From NCBI GenBank assembly GCA_030583745.1, contig CP129473.1, positions 616,211-680,210 of the forward strand: DNA of 64,000 nt. The letters run 5' to 3'. This document shows positions 8,355-18,047 of this stretch, one piece after another. This stretch comes from Minisyncoccota bacterium (GTDB lineage: Bacteria > Patescibacteriota > Minisyncoccia > Phycocordibacterales > BOKC01). A program made the position numbers and the translations under genes. Within the stretch, counting starts at the first letter, position 1. Every line of letters begins with the position of its first letter. The notes under the pieces were generated by a model that searched no databases, was not told the origin of the DNA, and saw only the letters and a program-made list of their open reading frames with translations.

Positions 8355-9500
8355 CTAGTGGTGATGGTGGTGATGGTGGTGTTCTATTTTTGGTTTTTGA
8401 CCCTTATATTTTTCCAGCACAAAGACGGCAATCAATGTTGTTATTGGTATTGTCAGCACAAGGCCGATGCTTCCGACTATTGTTCGTAAGATTTCTAAGG
8501 CAAAAACTTCTTGATTCACAATCATTCCAATACTGGATTCGGAAATAGAAAAGAGCATGAGAAGTGGCAGGGCGGCACCGGTATAAGCTAAGGCCAGTGT
8601 GTTGACCAAAGCGCCGGCATGCTCGCGCCCGACTCGCAGGGCTTTGCCATAGACTTCTTTTTTGGAAAGGTTTGGATTTGTGCCATAAAGTTCGCTAACC
8701 ACGGCCGATTGGGTTATGGCAATATCGTCGAGTACTCCAAGAACGCCGATTATTATTCCCGCCAAAAGTAATCCGGAAAGATCAAGTTGGCCGAAGGTGC
8801 TGAAGTTTAGATATATGGCTTCGTCGCTTGCGAAACCGGACAGTCGGCCGATTTTAACTGAAAGAAAAGCTAAGACGCTTGTGATAGAAACTGCCAGAAT
8901 TGTTCCAGTGAACGCCACGGTTGATTCGCGATTGAATCCGTGGGTGAAATAGATTGCCAAAAAGAGAACAATTGTTGCAATTAAAGTGCTTGTTAGAACC
9001 GGCGGATACCCATTTAAAAGTAACGGCAGAAGTATATAAATAATGACCAAAAAAGTTCCAAATAATCCCAACAGCGCCCTAAGCCCTTGCCATCCTCCGA
9101 AAATTAGAATCGTAAACGCAAAAAGCAAAGAAAATATTATCAATGTGGGTCGTCGGTCCACGTCTCTGACAGAGAATATTTCTCTTCCGTCTATTGTTAT
9201 TAGAAAATTGAGAAAAAAGGTGTCTCCGATTTTCAGGGGGATGTAATCGTTTTGCAAAGATATTATTTCACCACTTCTTTCTCCTTCCATAATTCTGGCT
9301 TCCAAAACCTGAACCACCGTTTCTGTATCGGTGCCGGGAATTAGGACCTTTTCTTCAGAAACCACTTTCTCAACCTTTGCTTTCCATGCCCCCTGAAAAT
9401 CTTGATGAATTTCTTGACCAAGAGCGATTTGGTTTGCGGTCGGCAGGAGAAAAAAGAGCAATATTAAAAAAAATGTTTTTAATCTTGGCATTTTCTGCAC
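8355..9500 (-). CDS. YibE/F-family membrane protein with a natural C-terminal His8 tail
   Basis: Polytopic, YibE/F-like TM core. The C-terminus is ...KPKIEHHHHHHHH*, encoded by mixed CAC/CAT codons, and the gene lies next to Fur/Zur and a ZIP transporter. Confidence 0.7.
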   Translation of the reverse strand: MQKMPRLKTFFLILLFFLLPTANQIALGQEIHQDFQGAWKAKVEKVVSEEKVLIPGTDTETVVQVLEARIMEGERSGEIISLQNDYIPLKIGDTFFLNFLITIDGREIFSVRDVDRRPTLIIFSLLFAFTILIFGGWQGLRALLGLFGTFLVIIYILLPLLLNGYPPVLTSTLIATIVLFLAIYFTHGFNRESTVAFTGTILAVSITSVLAFLSVKIGRLSGFASDEAIYLNFSTFGQLDLSGLLLAGIIIGVLGVLDDIAITQSAVVSELYGTNPNLSKKEVYGKALRVGREHAGALVNTLALAYTGAALPLLMLFSISESSIGMIVNQEVFALEILRTIVGSIGLVLTIPITTLIAVFVLEKYKGQKPKIEHHHHHHHH

Positions 9501-9910
9501 ACCCCGAATAGTTCAAAAGAGTGTTCCATTATTCTATCAAAATAAGATGACGAACGCAGGATTTTTTTGCTGATACGGTCAATGACACATTTGTTCGGGT
9601 AGAGGTTAAAATCTTCGACTAAACCACATTTTTTACAGACGATGTGGTGATGGTGGTTTTCGCTTAATTCGTACGACGTAAAATTTCCGCCCAGATCTAC
9701 TTTGCGGATAAGGTTTTTCTCCAGAAAAGTTTCAAGATTTCTGTAAATGGTGGCCAAATCCGCACCTCTGCCAGCCATTTTTTTATGGAGCTTCTCGGCA
9801 TTTAAAGGGGCGCGAGAGTCTTTGAATAATTTTAGCATCCAAACTCGGGTCGATGTAACTTTCAAACCATTTTGTTTCAGGATGTCTTGTTTTGTTTTGT
9901 TGTTTGACAT
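9479..9910 (-). CDS. zur: Fur-family metalloregulator, probably Zur
   Basis: Winged HTH followed by HHHH and CxxC...CxxC at the C-terminus. Divergent from a ZIP transporter. Start placed at MSNNKTK. Confidence 0.85.
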   Translation of the reverse strand: MSNNKTKQDILKQNGLKVTSTRVWMLKLFKDSRAPLNAEKLHKKMAGRGADLATIYRNLETFLEKNLIRKVDLGGNFTSYELSENHHHHIVCKKCGLVEDFNLYPNKCVIDRISKKILRSSSYFDRIMEHSFELFGVCRKCQD

Positions 9911-9914
9911 GTTT

Positions 9915-9960
9915 TTAGGGTCTGATAATATAATGCTATTACAAATGCGAATAATTTGCA
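9915..9960. promoter_or_regulatory. Candidate Fur/Zur box in the divergent zur-zupT promoter
   Basis: AT-rich imperfect dyad 'ATTACAAAT gcgaata ATTTGCAAT' between the two start codons. Confidence 0.45.
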
Positions 9961-9966
9961 ATTAAA

Positions 9967-10812
9967 ATGTTAACTTTTTATATTTTATTAAGTGTTTTTG
10001 CTGTCAGCTTGATCTCTTTGATCGGAGCTTTGACTCTGTCTTTTCAAAAAGAATTTTTGCAAAAAATTCTTTTTGTGCTGGTCGGCTTAGCCGCTGGCGC
10101 TCTTTTCGGCGATGCTTTTCTCCATCTTATTCCGGAAGCGTTTGAACACGTTGAAAATTGGGTAATCATCTCTCTTATGGTTTTGGCCGGGATTTTAACT
10201 TTTTTTGTTTTAGAAAAATTTCTCCATTGGCACCACCATCACGGTGTTGAAAGCGTGGAAGAGTGCCATACGTTAGAGCAGATGGAAAATCACAAAGGCA
10301 AAATCAAGCCGCTTGGGGTTTTAGTTTTGACTTCCGACTCCGTTCACAATTTGGTTGACGGCGTTATAATTGCCGCAAGTTTCTTTATAAGCATTGAAGT
10401 TGGAATTGCTACCGCCATCGCCGTGGCTTTGCACGAAATTCCCCAAGAGATTGCCGATTTCGGGCTTTTAGTCCACTCCGGAATGTCGCGACTCAAGGCT
10501 TTGACTTGGAATTTTGCTACCGCCCTGTTCGCTGTTTTAGGAGCTAGTTTGACTATCCTTTTTGGTGTTTTTTTGGAGCCTTACATTTTTCACATCGGCG
10601 CTTTCGCCGCCGGCGCCTTTATCTATATCGCTGGTTCAGACTTGGTGCCGGAAATTCACAAAACTCGCAACCTAAAAAAATCCGCCATTCAATTCGCTTC
10701 TATAATTGTTGGAATTCTAATAATGCTTTCTCTCGTTGCTTTGGAGGAAGGACATCACGATGAGGAGGAACATAACAATTTTGGTGAAATAGTGGAAATC
10801 CAAACTATCTGA
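9967..10812 (+). CDS. zupT: ZIP-family zinc/iron permease (ZupT-like)
   Basis: His-rich loop HWHHHHGVE..ECH; HEIPQEIADFG signature. Confidence 0.88.
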   Translation: MLTFYILLSVFAVSLISLIGALTLSFQKEFLQKILFVLVGLAAGALFGDAFLHLIPEAFEHVENWVIISLMVLAGILTFFVLEKFLHWHHHHGVESVEECHTLEQMENHKGKIKPLGVLVLTSDSVHNLVDGVIIAASFFISIEVGIATAIAVALHEIPQEIADFGLLVHSGMSRLKALTWNFATALFAVLGASLTILFGVFLEPYIFHIGAFAAGAFIYIAGSDLVPEIHKTRNLKKSAIQFASIIVGILIMLSLVALEEGHHDEEEHNNFGEIVEIQTI

Positions 10813-10837
10813 TTTTTAAAAAATCTTTACAAAAAAC

Positions 10838-10880
10838 ATTCTAACATTCTATAGAATGTTAGAATGTTTTTTTATGATTA
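10838..10880 (+). terminator. Rho-independent terminator (perfect 17-bp palindrome plus T-run)
   Basis: 'aacattctaacattcta tagaatgttagaatgtt ttttttt'. Confidence 0.75.
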
Positions 10881-11086
10881 GAATTTAAGAATCCTGATTC
10901 CTGGTTATTTTTTTGTAATCTGCTGCCAGAGCCAGATGCCGAGAAGTATCGCGTCTACAAATATCACAATCCAAAAGATTGTGAATAAGAGACCGGCTCC
11001 TCCCATCATGCCCCAGCCGCTAAAGTTCATCATATGAGGTTATTATAGCATTTCTAATCCTCCATTCTTTTTCTCATTTGCATAAA

Positions 11087-11103
11087 ATACCCCTAGGGGG
11101 TAT
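11087..11103. promoter_or_regulatory. CsoR-type operator overlapping the -10 element
   Basis: GC-rich palindrome ATACCCCTAGGGGGTAT immediately followed by TATAAT, about 35 bp before csoR. Confidence 0.65.
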
Positions 11104-11137
11104 AATTGGGAAACAATAACTAATAATCAATAACGAT

Positions 11138-11407
11138 ATGAAAGCTGAATATAAAAACAAAGCCAAAAGACGACTTAAGATAATTGAAGGGCAGATCAGA
11201 GGTCTACAGAAGATGGTCGAGAATGATAAATACTGCGTTGATATTATTGTTCAAGCAGAGGCAGTAAAGGAGGCGCTTTCTGGGATTGAGGATTTGATTT
11301 TGGAGAATCATTTGTCTACTCATGTTATGGAGCAGATGAAATCTGGAAAAGAGAGTAAAGCAACTAAAGAGATTTTGTTGTTATATAAATTATCAAGAAA
11401 GAAATAA
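11138..11407 (+). CDS. csoR: CsoR/RcnR-family metal-sensing repressor
   Basis: 89-aa all-helical protein; Cys in YCVD and His in ENHLSTH match the CsoR W-X-Y-Z Cu(I) ligand positions. Confidence 0.85.
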   Translation: MKAEYKNKAKRRLKIIEGQIRGLQKMVENDKYCVDIIVQAEAVKEALSGIEDLILENHLSTHVMEQMKSGKESKATKEILLLYKLSRKK

Positions 11408-11440
11408 TTTGTTTTACTATTTTTAATTTTAGAAAAATCT

Positions 11441-12052
11441 ATGAATTCAAAAATTTCGTTTATTTTAATAGGAGTTGTCGGAATATTTATCGGCATTTTA
11501 ATTGCACCAATTTTCTCCGGTAACCTGATGATGGGATTTACTCCCGGCAAAAAATTAGCACCCACTACTTCTCTAGGAAATATAGATAGACACTTTATTG
11601 AGGAGATGATTCCTCATCATAATGGTGCTATTGCTATGGCAGAGCTCGCTCTTGAACGTTCAGGGCGGGAAGAGATTAGATCCTTATCTGAAGATATTAT
11701 TAAAGCCCAGACTTTGGAAAATAATCAGATGAAAGAGTGGTATCAAGCTTGGTTTGGCGGAGAAGTTCCGGAAAGTTTTTCGGGAATGTCCGGTATGATG
11801 CATGGCCAAATGCCTATGCATATGGAGGGAATGGAGGGAGACATTGAAGCTCTACTAAGAGCAGAAAATTTCGACCTTGAGTTTTTAAGGCAAATGATTT
11901 TACACCATGAAATGGCTATTATGATGGCCAGAATGCTATCTACCGGAAGTGTCCGGTCAGAAATGCAAATTTTGGCTGACCAGATTATAACTTCTCAATC
12001 TGAAGAGATTGAAATTATGAGAAACTGGCAAAAAGAATGGTCTAAAAAATAA
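11441..12052 (+). CDS. DUF305 protein with a Met/His-rich copper-binding motif
   Basis: Two HH...A.MA ferritin-like repeats (PHHNGAIAMAE / LHHEMAIMMAR) and MSGMMHGQMPMHMEGMEG; N-terminal TM/signal. Confidence 0.8.
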   Translation: MNSKISFILIGVVGIFIGILIAPIFSGNLMMGFTPGKKLAPTTSLGNIDRHFIEEMIPHHNGAIAMAELALERSGREEIRSLSEDIIKAQTLENNQMKEWYQAWFGGEVPESFSGMSGMMHGQMPMHMEGMEGDIEALLRAENFDLEFLRQMILHHEMAIMMARMLSTGSVRSEMQILADQIITSQSEEIEIMRNWQKEWSKK

Positions 12053-12074
12053 TTAGAAAGATTAAAAATTAGAT

Positions 12075-14240
12075 ATGAGTGAAACTATAAAAAATTTTTA
12101 TACTTGTCCTATGCACCCGGAAATTCAAAAAGATGGTCCGGGAATGTGTCCGGAATGTGGGATGAATTTAGTAAAAAGTAGAAAGTCAAAAGTAGAAAGT
12201 AAAGATGCTGCAAGCCACGATAAACATCAAGGACACAAAACGGAAAGTTTTTTGCGGAAATTTTGGGTGGCTTTAATTTTGACAATACCGCTTGTAGCTT
12301 ATTCAGAACTTCCAGAATTGTTTTTCGGCAAAGGATTACCGTATTTCCCCGGACTTGAATATTTGATTCTGGTTTTAGGTTCAATCGTCTTTTTCTACGG
12401 CGGTTGGGTTTTTCTGACAGGGGCATTTAGAGAACTTCGAGCTCGGTTGCCGGGAATGATGACTTTGATTGCTTTGGCGATTTCAGCAGCTTATCTTTGG
12501 AGTATTTATGCCATTTTTGCCGGCGAACACCCTCTTTTCTGGGAGCTTGGAACTTTAGTGACAATTATGCTTTTAGGCCACTGGCTTGAAATGAAGGCGG
12601 TTAAAAAAGCCCGCGGTGCTCTAAAAGAATTAGCAAAATTAATTCCCGACACTGCCGAATTAATATTAAGGACATCAGATGTCAATATATCGACATCGCA
12701 AGTCCTTAATTTGAATAAAGGAGGGTTTAAAACAAAAATTATTTCGATTCTAGAGCTTAGAGTCGGAGATGTGGTTTTGGTAAAACCGGGGGCGAGAGTG
12801 CCGGCTGATGGAAAAGTTATTCGGGGTCAATCTGAACTGGACGAGTCAATTGTAACCGGTGAATCAAAGTTGGTTTCCAAAAAAGCCGGAGATGAAGTAA
12901 TTGCCGGTACCATAAACAGCGACGGAAGTTTAGAAGTTGAGGTAACAAAAATCGGTGAAGAAACTTTTTTAGCCGGAATAATGCGTTTGGTTGCTGAAGC
13001 CGAAAGCTCTAAGTCACGCCTTCAAATTCTCTCCGACAAAGCGGCGCTCGTTTTAACAATTATTGCCGTTTCAGCTGGAGCTATTACTTTAACTGCTTGG
13101 CTTTTGGCTGGCCGGGAAGTTGCTTTCGCGGTAGCTCGGCTAGTGGCAGTTTTGGTTATTGCCTGTCCTCACGCTTTGGGCCTAGCTGTGCCATTAGTTG
13201 CATCAATTTCTACCAATATGGCGGCTTCAAACGGTTTTATCGTAAAGAGGCGTCTGGCTCTTGAAGAAGCTCGCCGAATCCAAGTTGTGCTTTTTGACAA
13301 AACCGGGACTTTAACGGAAGGAAGGTTTGGTGTGGATGTAATTTTGTCTGCCGATGGAGTTGAAGAGAATAAAGTTTTGCAAATGGCTGCTTCTGTAAAT
13401 AAACATTCCGAACACTCAATTGCCAAAGCAATAGTTGAAGAAGCAAAAAAAAGAAATATTGGTCTTGAAGACATAAAAAATTTTGAGCGCCTAGCTGGTA
13501 AAGGCGCAAAAGGATTTATCCTCGGAAAAGAAATTTTAGTGGGAAGCGAGGTTTTGGTAAAGGAGAAAAATATTCAAATTAGCGAAGATGTTTATTCAAA
13601 AGTTAAAGGGTTAGAAGGGCAAGGTAAAACGGTAATTTTTGCTTTGTCTGGAGATAAACTTTTAGGCGGCATTGCCTTATCGGATGTTATTCGTCCAGAG
13701 TCCAAAAAAGCGGTTGAGATGCTCCATAATCAGGGTATTAAGGTTGCAATGGTTACGGGGGACTCGGAAGATGTGGCCTCTTATGTTGCTAAAGAATTGG
13801 GGATTGATGAATATTTTGCTCGGGTCTTGCCAGAGCAAAAGGTTGAGAAAGTCAAAGAATTGCAAAATCGTGGTTTGAAAGTGGCGTTTGTGGGCGATGG
13901 TGTGAACGACGCTCCGGCTTTAACTCAAGCCGACTTGGGAATTGCGGTCGGTGCAGGCACTAATGTGGCCATTGAATCGGCTGGCATAATTTTAGCTAAA
14001 AATGATCCACAAGACATTTCGAAAATAATCAGGCTTTCAAAGCTAACTTACAATAAAATGATTCAGAATCTTTTCTGGGCAACGGGTTACAACATTATCG
14101 CTTTGCCTTTGGCAGCCGGAGCGCTGATGTTTTACGGGGTGCCGCCGGTGGAGCCGGCAGTGGCCGCAATTTTTATGTCGGCCTCAACTGTTATCGTGGC
14201 AGTAAATGCAATGTTTTTAAGAAGTAGGTCATTGAATTAA
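12075..14240 (+). CDS. copB: P1B-type copper-transporting ATPase (CPH-type, CopB-like) with an N-terminal YTCPMHPE heavy-metal-binding domain
   Basis: DKTGTLT, GDGVNDAPAL, a TM6 'CPH' motif, and N-terminal YTCPMHPEIQKDGPGMCPECGM. Confidence 0.92.
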   Translation: MSETIKNFYTCPMHPEIQKDGPGMCPECGMNLVKSRKSKVESKDAASHDKHQGHKTESFLRKFWVALILTIPLVAYSELPELFFGKGLPYFPGLEYLILVLGSIVFFYGGWVFLTGAFRELRARLPGMMTLIALAISAAYLWSIYAIFAGEHPLFWELGTLVTIMLLGHWLEMKAVKKARGALKELAKLIPDTAELILRTSDVNISTSQVLNLNKGGFKTKIISILELRVGDVVLVKPGARVPADGKVIRGQSELDESIVTGESKLVSKKAGDEVIAGTINSDGSLEVEVTKIGEETFLAGIMRLVAEAESSKSRLQILSDKAALVLTIIAVSAGAITLTAWLLAGREVAFAVARLVAVLVIACPHALGLAVPLVASISTNMAASNGFIVKRRLALEEARRIQVVLFDKTGTLTEGRFGVDVILSADGVEENKVLQMAASVNKHSEHSIAKAIVEEAKKRNIGLEDIKNFERLAGKGAKGFILGKEILVGSEVLVKEKNIQISEDVYSKVKGLEGQGKTVIFALSGDKLLGGIALSDVIRPESKKAVEMLHNQGIKVAMVTGDSEDVASYVAKELGIDEYFARVLPEQKVEKVKELQNRGLKVAFVGDGVNDAPALTQADLGIAVGAGTNVAIESAGIILAKNDPQDISKIIRLSKLTYNKMIQNLFWATGYNIIALPLAAGALMFYGVPPVEPAVAAIFMSASTVIVAVNAMFLRSRSLN

Positions 14241-14260
14241 AAATTAAAATAAACTAATTT

Positions 14261-14734
14261 ATGAAAAAAATATTTTTTATTTTTACTACCCTTGTTGTGT
14301 TTGCCGGAATATTATTTTTTTGGCAAAGTTCCCCAGATGTTGTTCAAATAAGTTTAGCCGGAGAAAAGGTAGAAGTTTTTAAAACACCCGAGTGTGGTTG
14401 TTGCGGAGTCTATGTCAACTATCTTTCCAGAAGCGGAGTAGAAGTGGAAGCAAAAAATGTTTCTAATTTTGAGTTGGGAAAAATGAAAGAGGAATACGGA
14501 ATTCCGCAAAGTTTATCAAGTTGCCACACTTCATTTGTGGCCGGCTATGCGATTGAAGGTCATATTCCGCTTGAAGTGATTGAGAAACTACTGACAGAGA
14601 AGCCGGATATAAAAGGTATTGCGTTACCAGGGATGCCTTCTGGAACACCCGGAATGCCGGGGCCAAAGACCGAAGACTGGGTTATTTATGCTACTTCAAA
14701 TGATGGAGAAATTTATGAATTTATAAAAATATGA
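14261..14734 (+). CDS. DUF411 (CopG-like) periplasmic metal-binding protein
   Basis: TPECGCCGVY (CxCC motif) and the SCHTSF..GH thioredoxin-like fold of CopG. Confidence 0.8.
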   Translation: MKKIFFIFTTLVVFAGILFFWQSSPDVVQISLAGEKVEVFKTPECGCCGVYVNYLSRSGVEVEAKNVSNFELGKMKEEYGIPQSLSSCHTSFVAGYAIEGHIPLEVIEKLLTEKPDIKGIALPGMPSGTPGMPGPKTEDWVIYATSNDGEIYEFIKI

Positions 14735-15255
14735 AAAAAGAATTATTAACTTTGCTAGGTTTGTTTGCGCTTGCACCTAAATTTGTTTCGGCTCATTGTC
14801 CGCTTTGCACCGCTGGCGCCGGAGTACTCGCGGTTTTTGCCGCCTCAATTGGTGTTAAAACGCCGGTAGTCGGAGTTTTTATCGGTGCTTTTGCATTAGC
14901 TTTAGGTCTCTGGATGGCGCGGCTTATAAAAAAGAAGCACATGAAATATCAGGACACCCTCGTTGCGGTCGGTGTTTATTTATTAACAATCGTTCCCATA
15001 ATGCCTTTTATCATAGAATACCGTCCTCTTTACATTTCTTTTTTCGGCGAATACGGAACTTTATTCCATAACACTTATCTTATAAACCCCTATGTTTTCG
15101 GATCGGTTTTAGGAGGCATTCTGTTATTTTTGGCACCTTATTTAAGCAGATTTATTGCCCGTTTAAGAAATGGTCAAATCCTACCTTATCAGGGTTTGGG
15201 AATCACCTTCATTCTTCTTATTGTGGCAGGGGTAATTTTACAACTGACAATTTAA
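14731..15255 (+). CDS. Hypothetical membrane protein with an N-terminal HCPLC motif
   Basis: Signal/TM plus CxxC and 4-5 TM segments, inside the copper cluster. Confidence 0.55.
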   Translation: MKKELLTLLGLFALAPKFVSAHCPLCTAGAGVLAVFAASIGVKTPVVGVFIGAFALALGLWMARLIKKKHMKYQDTLVAVGVYLLTIVPIMPFIIEYRPLYISFFGEYGTLFHNTYLINPYVFGSVLGGILLFLAPYLSRFIARLRNGQILPYQGLGITFILLIVAGVILQLTI

Positions 15256-15256
15256 T

Positions 15257-15688
15257 ATGCTCTGGGCTTTAATTTCAATAGCCGTTTTATTTTTTCTCTC
15301 GCTCGGATTAAAAAAGCTGTTTCCAAGCTTGTGCGCCATTTGCTTTTCGGTATTCGCCACTTGGCTTTTTGGACTTCTTTTATATTTTTCGGGGCAAATT
15401 TTTATTGAAATTGACCCGCTGGTTTTGGCTCTTCTTATGGGCGGAAGTGCTGTCGGATTTTTATATTATTTAAACCGTCATCTGCCGAAAAGATTTCTGG
15501 TGTTTCGGTTGCCGTATCTTTTAACCGTTTTCATTGTTTTTTATTTTTTCCTTAAATTTGAGATTGATTTGCCGGTGTTGGTTTTTGTCTTTGTTATTTG
15601 GGTAATTTTCGGATTGGTTTTTCTTCTTAGAAATAAAACAGCCGACGGTTGGTTTAAAAAAATAATAGATTGTTGTAGAAGTTGGTGA
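15257..15688 (+). CDS. Hypothetical membrane protein
   Basis: Hydrophobic 143-aa ORF in the same operon. Confidence 0.5.
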   Translation: MLWALISIAVLFFLSLGLKKLFPSLCAICFSVFATWLFGLLLYFSGQIFIEIDPLVLALLMGGSAVGFLYYLNRHLPKRFLVFRLPYLLTVFIVFYFFLKFEIDLPVLVFVFVIWVIFGLVFLLRNKTADGWFKKIIDCCRSW

Positions 15689-15787
15689 TTTATGGTTTTG
15701 TTGGGCTGAAGGCGGTTTGATAGCAATAATGCTGATATAATAATATTGTTATGTTTTATTGGTTCTAATTTTTAATCTATATTAATT

Positions 15788-16264
15788 ATGAAAAAATTAC
15801 TTAAATTTTCATCAGGTTTGGCGATTGTAGCCGGCATAGCAATGGTTGTCGCCGGTATTTGGGGAATTTGTTTTACTTATAAAAATATTTCGGCAGAAAA
15901 TATTATTACGCCGTCCGACGCTAGGATTCCGGAAGTAGTAGTGCGAGGACCGCTGACCTTAAAAGCTCAAGCCGATATTATACGTGAGCATACTTTGCGG
16001 ATGACAGACGGAAAAACTTATGCGGAGATGCCAAGACTTGTGCCAAGACTTGATACTAAAGGCCGTCCGGTTTTAAACGAAGAAGGTGAGCCGGTTATGG
16101 TCCCTAACGAAGCTCGAAACATTTGGATTACCGCCACAGCTCTCATCACTGCTCTTCATTTGGGAATTTTAACCTATGTTTTTTCCGGACTGATTTTACT
16201 ACTCGGACTGATTTCAATTTGGACTGGAATTATTTTTTGTCTGCTTTCTAGGAGGGGTTTTTAA
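15788..16264 (+). CDS. Hypothetical membrane protein
   Basis: N- and C-terminal TM segments. Confidence 0.5.
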   Translation: MKKLLKFSSGLAIVAGIAMVVAGIWGICFTYKNISAENIITPSDARIPEVVVRGPLTLKAQADIIREHTLRMTDGKTYAEMPRLVPRLDTKGRPVLNEEGEPVMVPNEARNIWITATALITALHLGILTYVFSGLILLLGLISIWTGIIFCLLSRRGF

Positions 16265-16274
16265 TTTTCTTTAA

Positions 16275-16847
16275 ATGGATTCAAAAAATAAAAAAATTAT
16301 AAAGGCTCCTCAGGGCAAAGCCACAGGGTATTGTCAGAACTCGCTTTACTCGTTCATTCGCGCGACAGAGCTGCGCAGTATTGAACCTATATTAGCTCCT
16401 CGGCCGTTGGCACGATGGAGTCGGCCTTTGGCCAGACGAAGTCGGCCGTCGGCACGATGGAGTCGGCCTTTGGCCAGACGAAGTCGGCTCGGAAATGTGA
16501 AAGCTTTGCTTTCCCATTTCTCTCGCTCTACGTCGCTAATAAAATTTTTAACTATTGCAATCGTCGCTTTTCTTTTTGCGCGTCTGGCTTTAAACCTGCC
16601 TCTTGTTTATTTGCCTCTAAATTTGTTTTTTGTTTCAAGCTATCTTTTGTTGTTTGCCTTGCTTCAGAAAAATTCCGCATGGTTTTTGTTTCTTCTGGCT
16701 ATCTTCTTGTCGGTTGATTCAATGTTTGGCACTTATTTTTTTGCCGGCGGTCGCATTGGTCAGATTGAATATTTTGGTACAATGGCTGTTAATTTATTAT
16801 TTACCACCTTTGGTATTTGGCGAGACAGGTTAAAATATTCCAGTTAA
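16275..16847 (+). CDS. Hypothetical membrane protein. Its N-terminal region carries a GC-rich tandem repeat (RPLARWSRPLARRSR...), so the start is uncertain.
   Basis: The C-terminal half is clearly polytopic, but the N-terminus crosses a 2x42-bp tandem repeat. Confidence 0.4.
   Translation: MDSKNKKIIKAPQGKATGYCQNSLYSFIRATELRSIEPILAPRPLARWSRPLARRSRPSARWSRPLARRSRLGNVKALLSHFSRSTSLIKFLTIAIVAFLFARLALNLPLVYLPLNLFFVSSYLLLFALLQKNSAWFLFLLAIFLSVDSMFGTYFFAGGRIGQIEYFGTMAVNLLFTTFGIWRDRLKYSS
16398..16490. repeat. GC-rich 42-bp tandem repeat (about 2.2 copies)
   Basis: 'ggccgt(t/c)ggcacgatggagtcggcctttggccagacgaagtc' x2. All three forward frames are open across it. Confidence 0.8.
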
Positions 16848-16902
16848 TCAGCTAAAAAGTCGAGATTACTCGCTTTCTTTTAGTTATGTTAAAATTAAAA
16901 AT

Positions 16903-17553
16903 ATGAAAAAAAATAACGCGTTTTTGTGGGTTGGTTTTGGAGTTTTTATTATTGCTTCAGTGTTTGGAATTATTTTTTTGGGTGCTAAGACGGACAAATC
17001 CTCCGGCTTGGTTTCTCGTGAGCCACAGCCGATTAGCGCATCTGATTGGATAAATGGTGAGATGTCGGCCGAGGTTGTGATTATAGAATATTCTGATTTT
17101 GAGTGCCCTGCCTGTGCTTCTTATTTCCCAATCCTAAAAGATTTGAAAGAGAAGTTCGGTTCGCAAATCGCAGTTGTTTATAGACATTTTCCTCTTACAC
17201 AAATTCACAGAAATGCGGAGCTCGCCTCGTTGGCATCAGAAGCGGCTGGCCGTCAGGGGAAGTTTTGGGAAATGCATGATTTATTGTTTGAAAACCAGAG
17301 AAATTGGTCTGCCAATTTCGGGGCTAAAGAAATTTTCATCGGTTATGCACAGCAATTACAACTTGATGAAGAACAATTCATAAATGACCTTGACGCGAAA
17401 GACTTGCAAGATAAAGTTTCTGCTAGTTATAGAGAGGGGGTTTCAATTGGTATTGCCGGCACCCCAACTTTTTTCTTGAACGGAGAAAAAATTTCCAACC
17501 CGCGCGGTTATGAAGAATTTGAAAGAGTTATTTCTGAAAAATTAAATCAATGA
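16903..17553 (+). CDS. DsbA-family thiol:disulfide oxidoreductase
   Basis: Thioredoxin CPAC active site (EYSDFECPACASY) and an N-terminal TM anchor. Confidence 0.85.
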   Translation: MKKNNAFLWVGFGVFIIASVFGIIFLGAKTDKSSGLVSREPQPISASDWINGEMSAEVVIIEYSDFECPACASYFPILKDLKEKFGSQIAVVYRHFPLTQIHRNAELASLASEAAGRQGKFWEMHDLLFENQRNWSANFGAKEIFIGYAQQLQLDEEQFINDLDAKDLQDKVSASYREGVSIGIAGTPTFFLNGEKISNPRGYEEFERVISEKLNQ

Positions 17554-17993
17554 CAAAAAGTATAAAGATTGCTGTTGTTATATTTTTAGTGGTAGGTGTT
17601 ATTGGTTTTCTTGACGCGACTTATCTTACGGTTGAGCATTATCGTGGCAATATTCCGCCGTGCACGATTCAGGGCTGTGAAGTTGTTTTGACGAGTGAAC
17701 AAAGCAAAATTTTTGGCGTTCCGGTCGCTCTTCTGGGCGCTTTGTATTACTTGGTCATTTTGATCTTGTCTGTCAGTTTTCTTGATGGTAAGAAAGAGGG
17801 GGTTATTAGATTTGCTTCTCGGCTTACTTTTTTAGGGTTTATTGCTTCGGTATATTTTGTTTATCTTCAGTTTTTTGTTATTGGAGAGATTTGTCAGTAT
17901 TGCATGATTTCGGCCGGCACCTCAACCCTTCTTTTTGTTTTAGGAATTTATATTTTAATTAAAACTCGCCAGAGCAAGGTGGTGCAATATTAG
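17550..17993 (+). CDS. Vitamin K epoxide reductase (VKOR) family protein, the DsbB-equivalent partner of DsbA
   Basis: Loop Cys pair PPCTIQGCE, active site CQYC and 4-5 TM segments; translationally coupled to the dsbA-like gene. Confidence 0.85.
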   Translation: MTKSIKIAVVIFLVVGVIGFLDATYLTVEHYRGNIPPCTIQGCEVVLTSEQSKIFGVPVALLGALYYLVILILSVSFLDGKKEGVIRFASRLTFLGFIASVYFVYLQFFVIGEICQYCMISAGTSTLLFVLGIYILIKTRQSKVVQY

Positions 17994-18007
17994 TTATACC
18001 AATTAAC

Positions 18008-18040
18008 AAAAATCAGCTCTGTTAAAACAGGGCTGATTTT
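18008..18040. terminator. Bidirectional terminator between the VKOR gene and ssrA
   Basis: 'aaaaatcagctctg ttaaaa cagggctgattttt', with T-runs on both sides. Confidence 0.7.
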
Positions 18041-18047
18041 TGTACAA

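Noticed and set aside
8355-8400. C-terminal His8 as a synthetic His-tag or cloning artifact
   Set aside because: There is no vector-like sequence, linker or stop-codon context. The codons are mixed CAC/CAT within native-looking AT-rich flanks, and the neighbouring genes are metal-homeostasis genes. It is kept as natural, with a caveat noted in the findings.
10906-11037. 43-aa minus-strand hydrophobic mini-ORF (MMNFSGWGMMGGAGLLFTIFWIV...)
   Set aside because: It has no SD and sits between a terminator and the CsoR promoter. It is possible, but unsupported from sequence alone.
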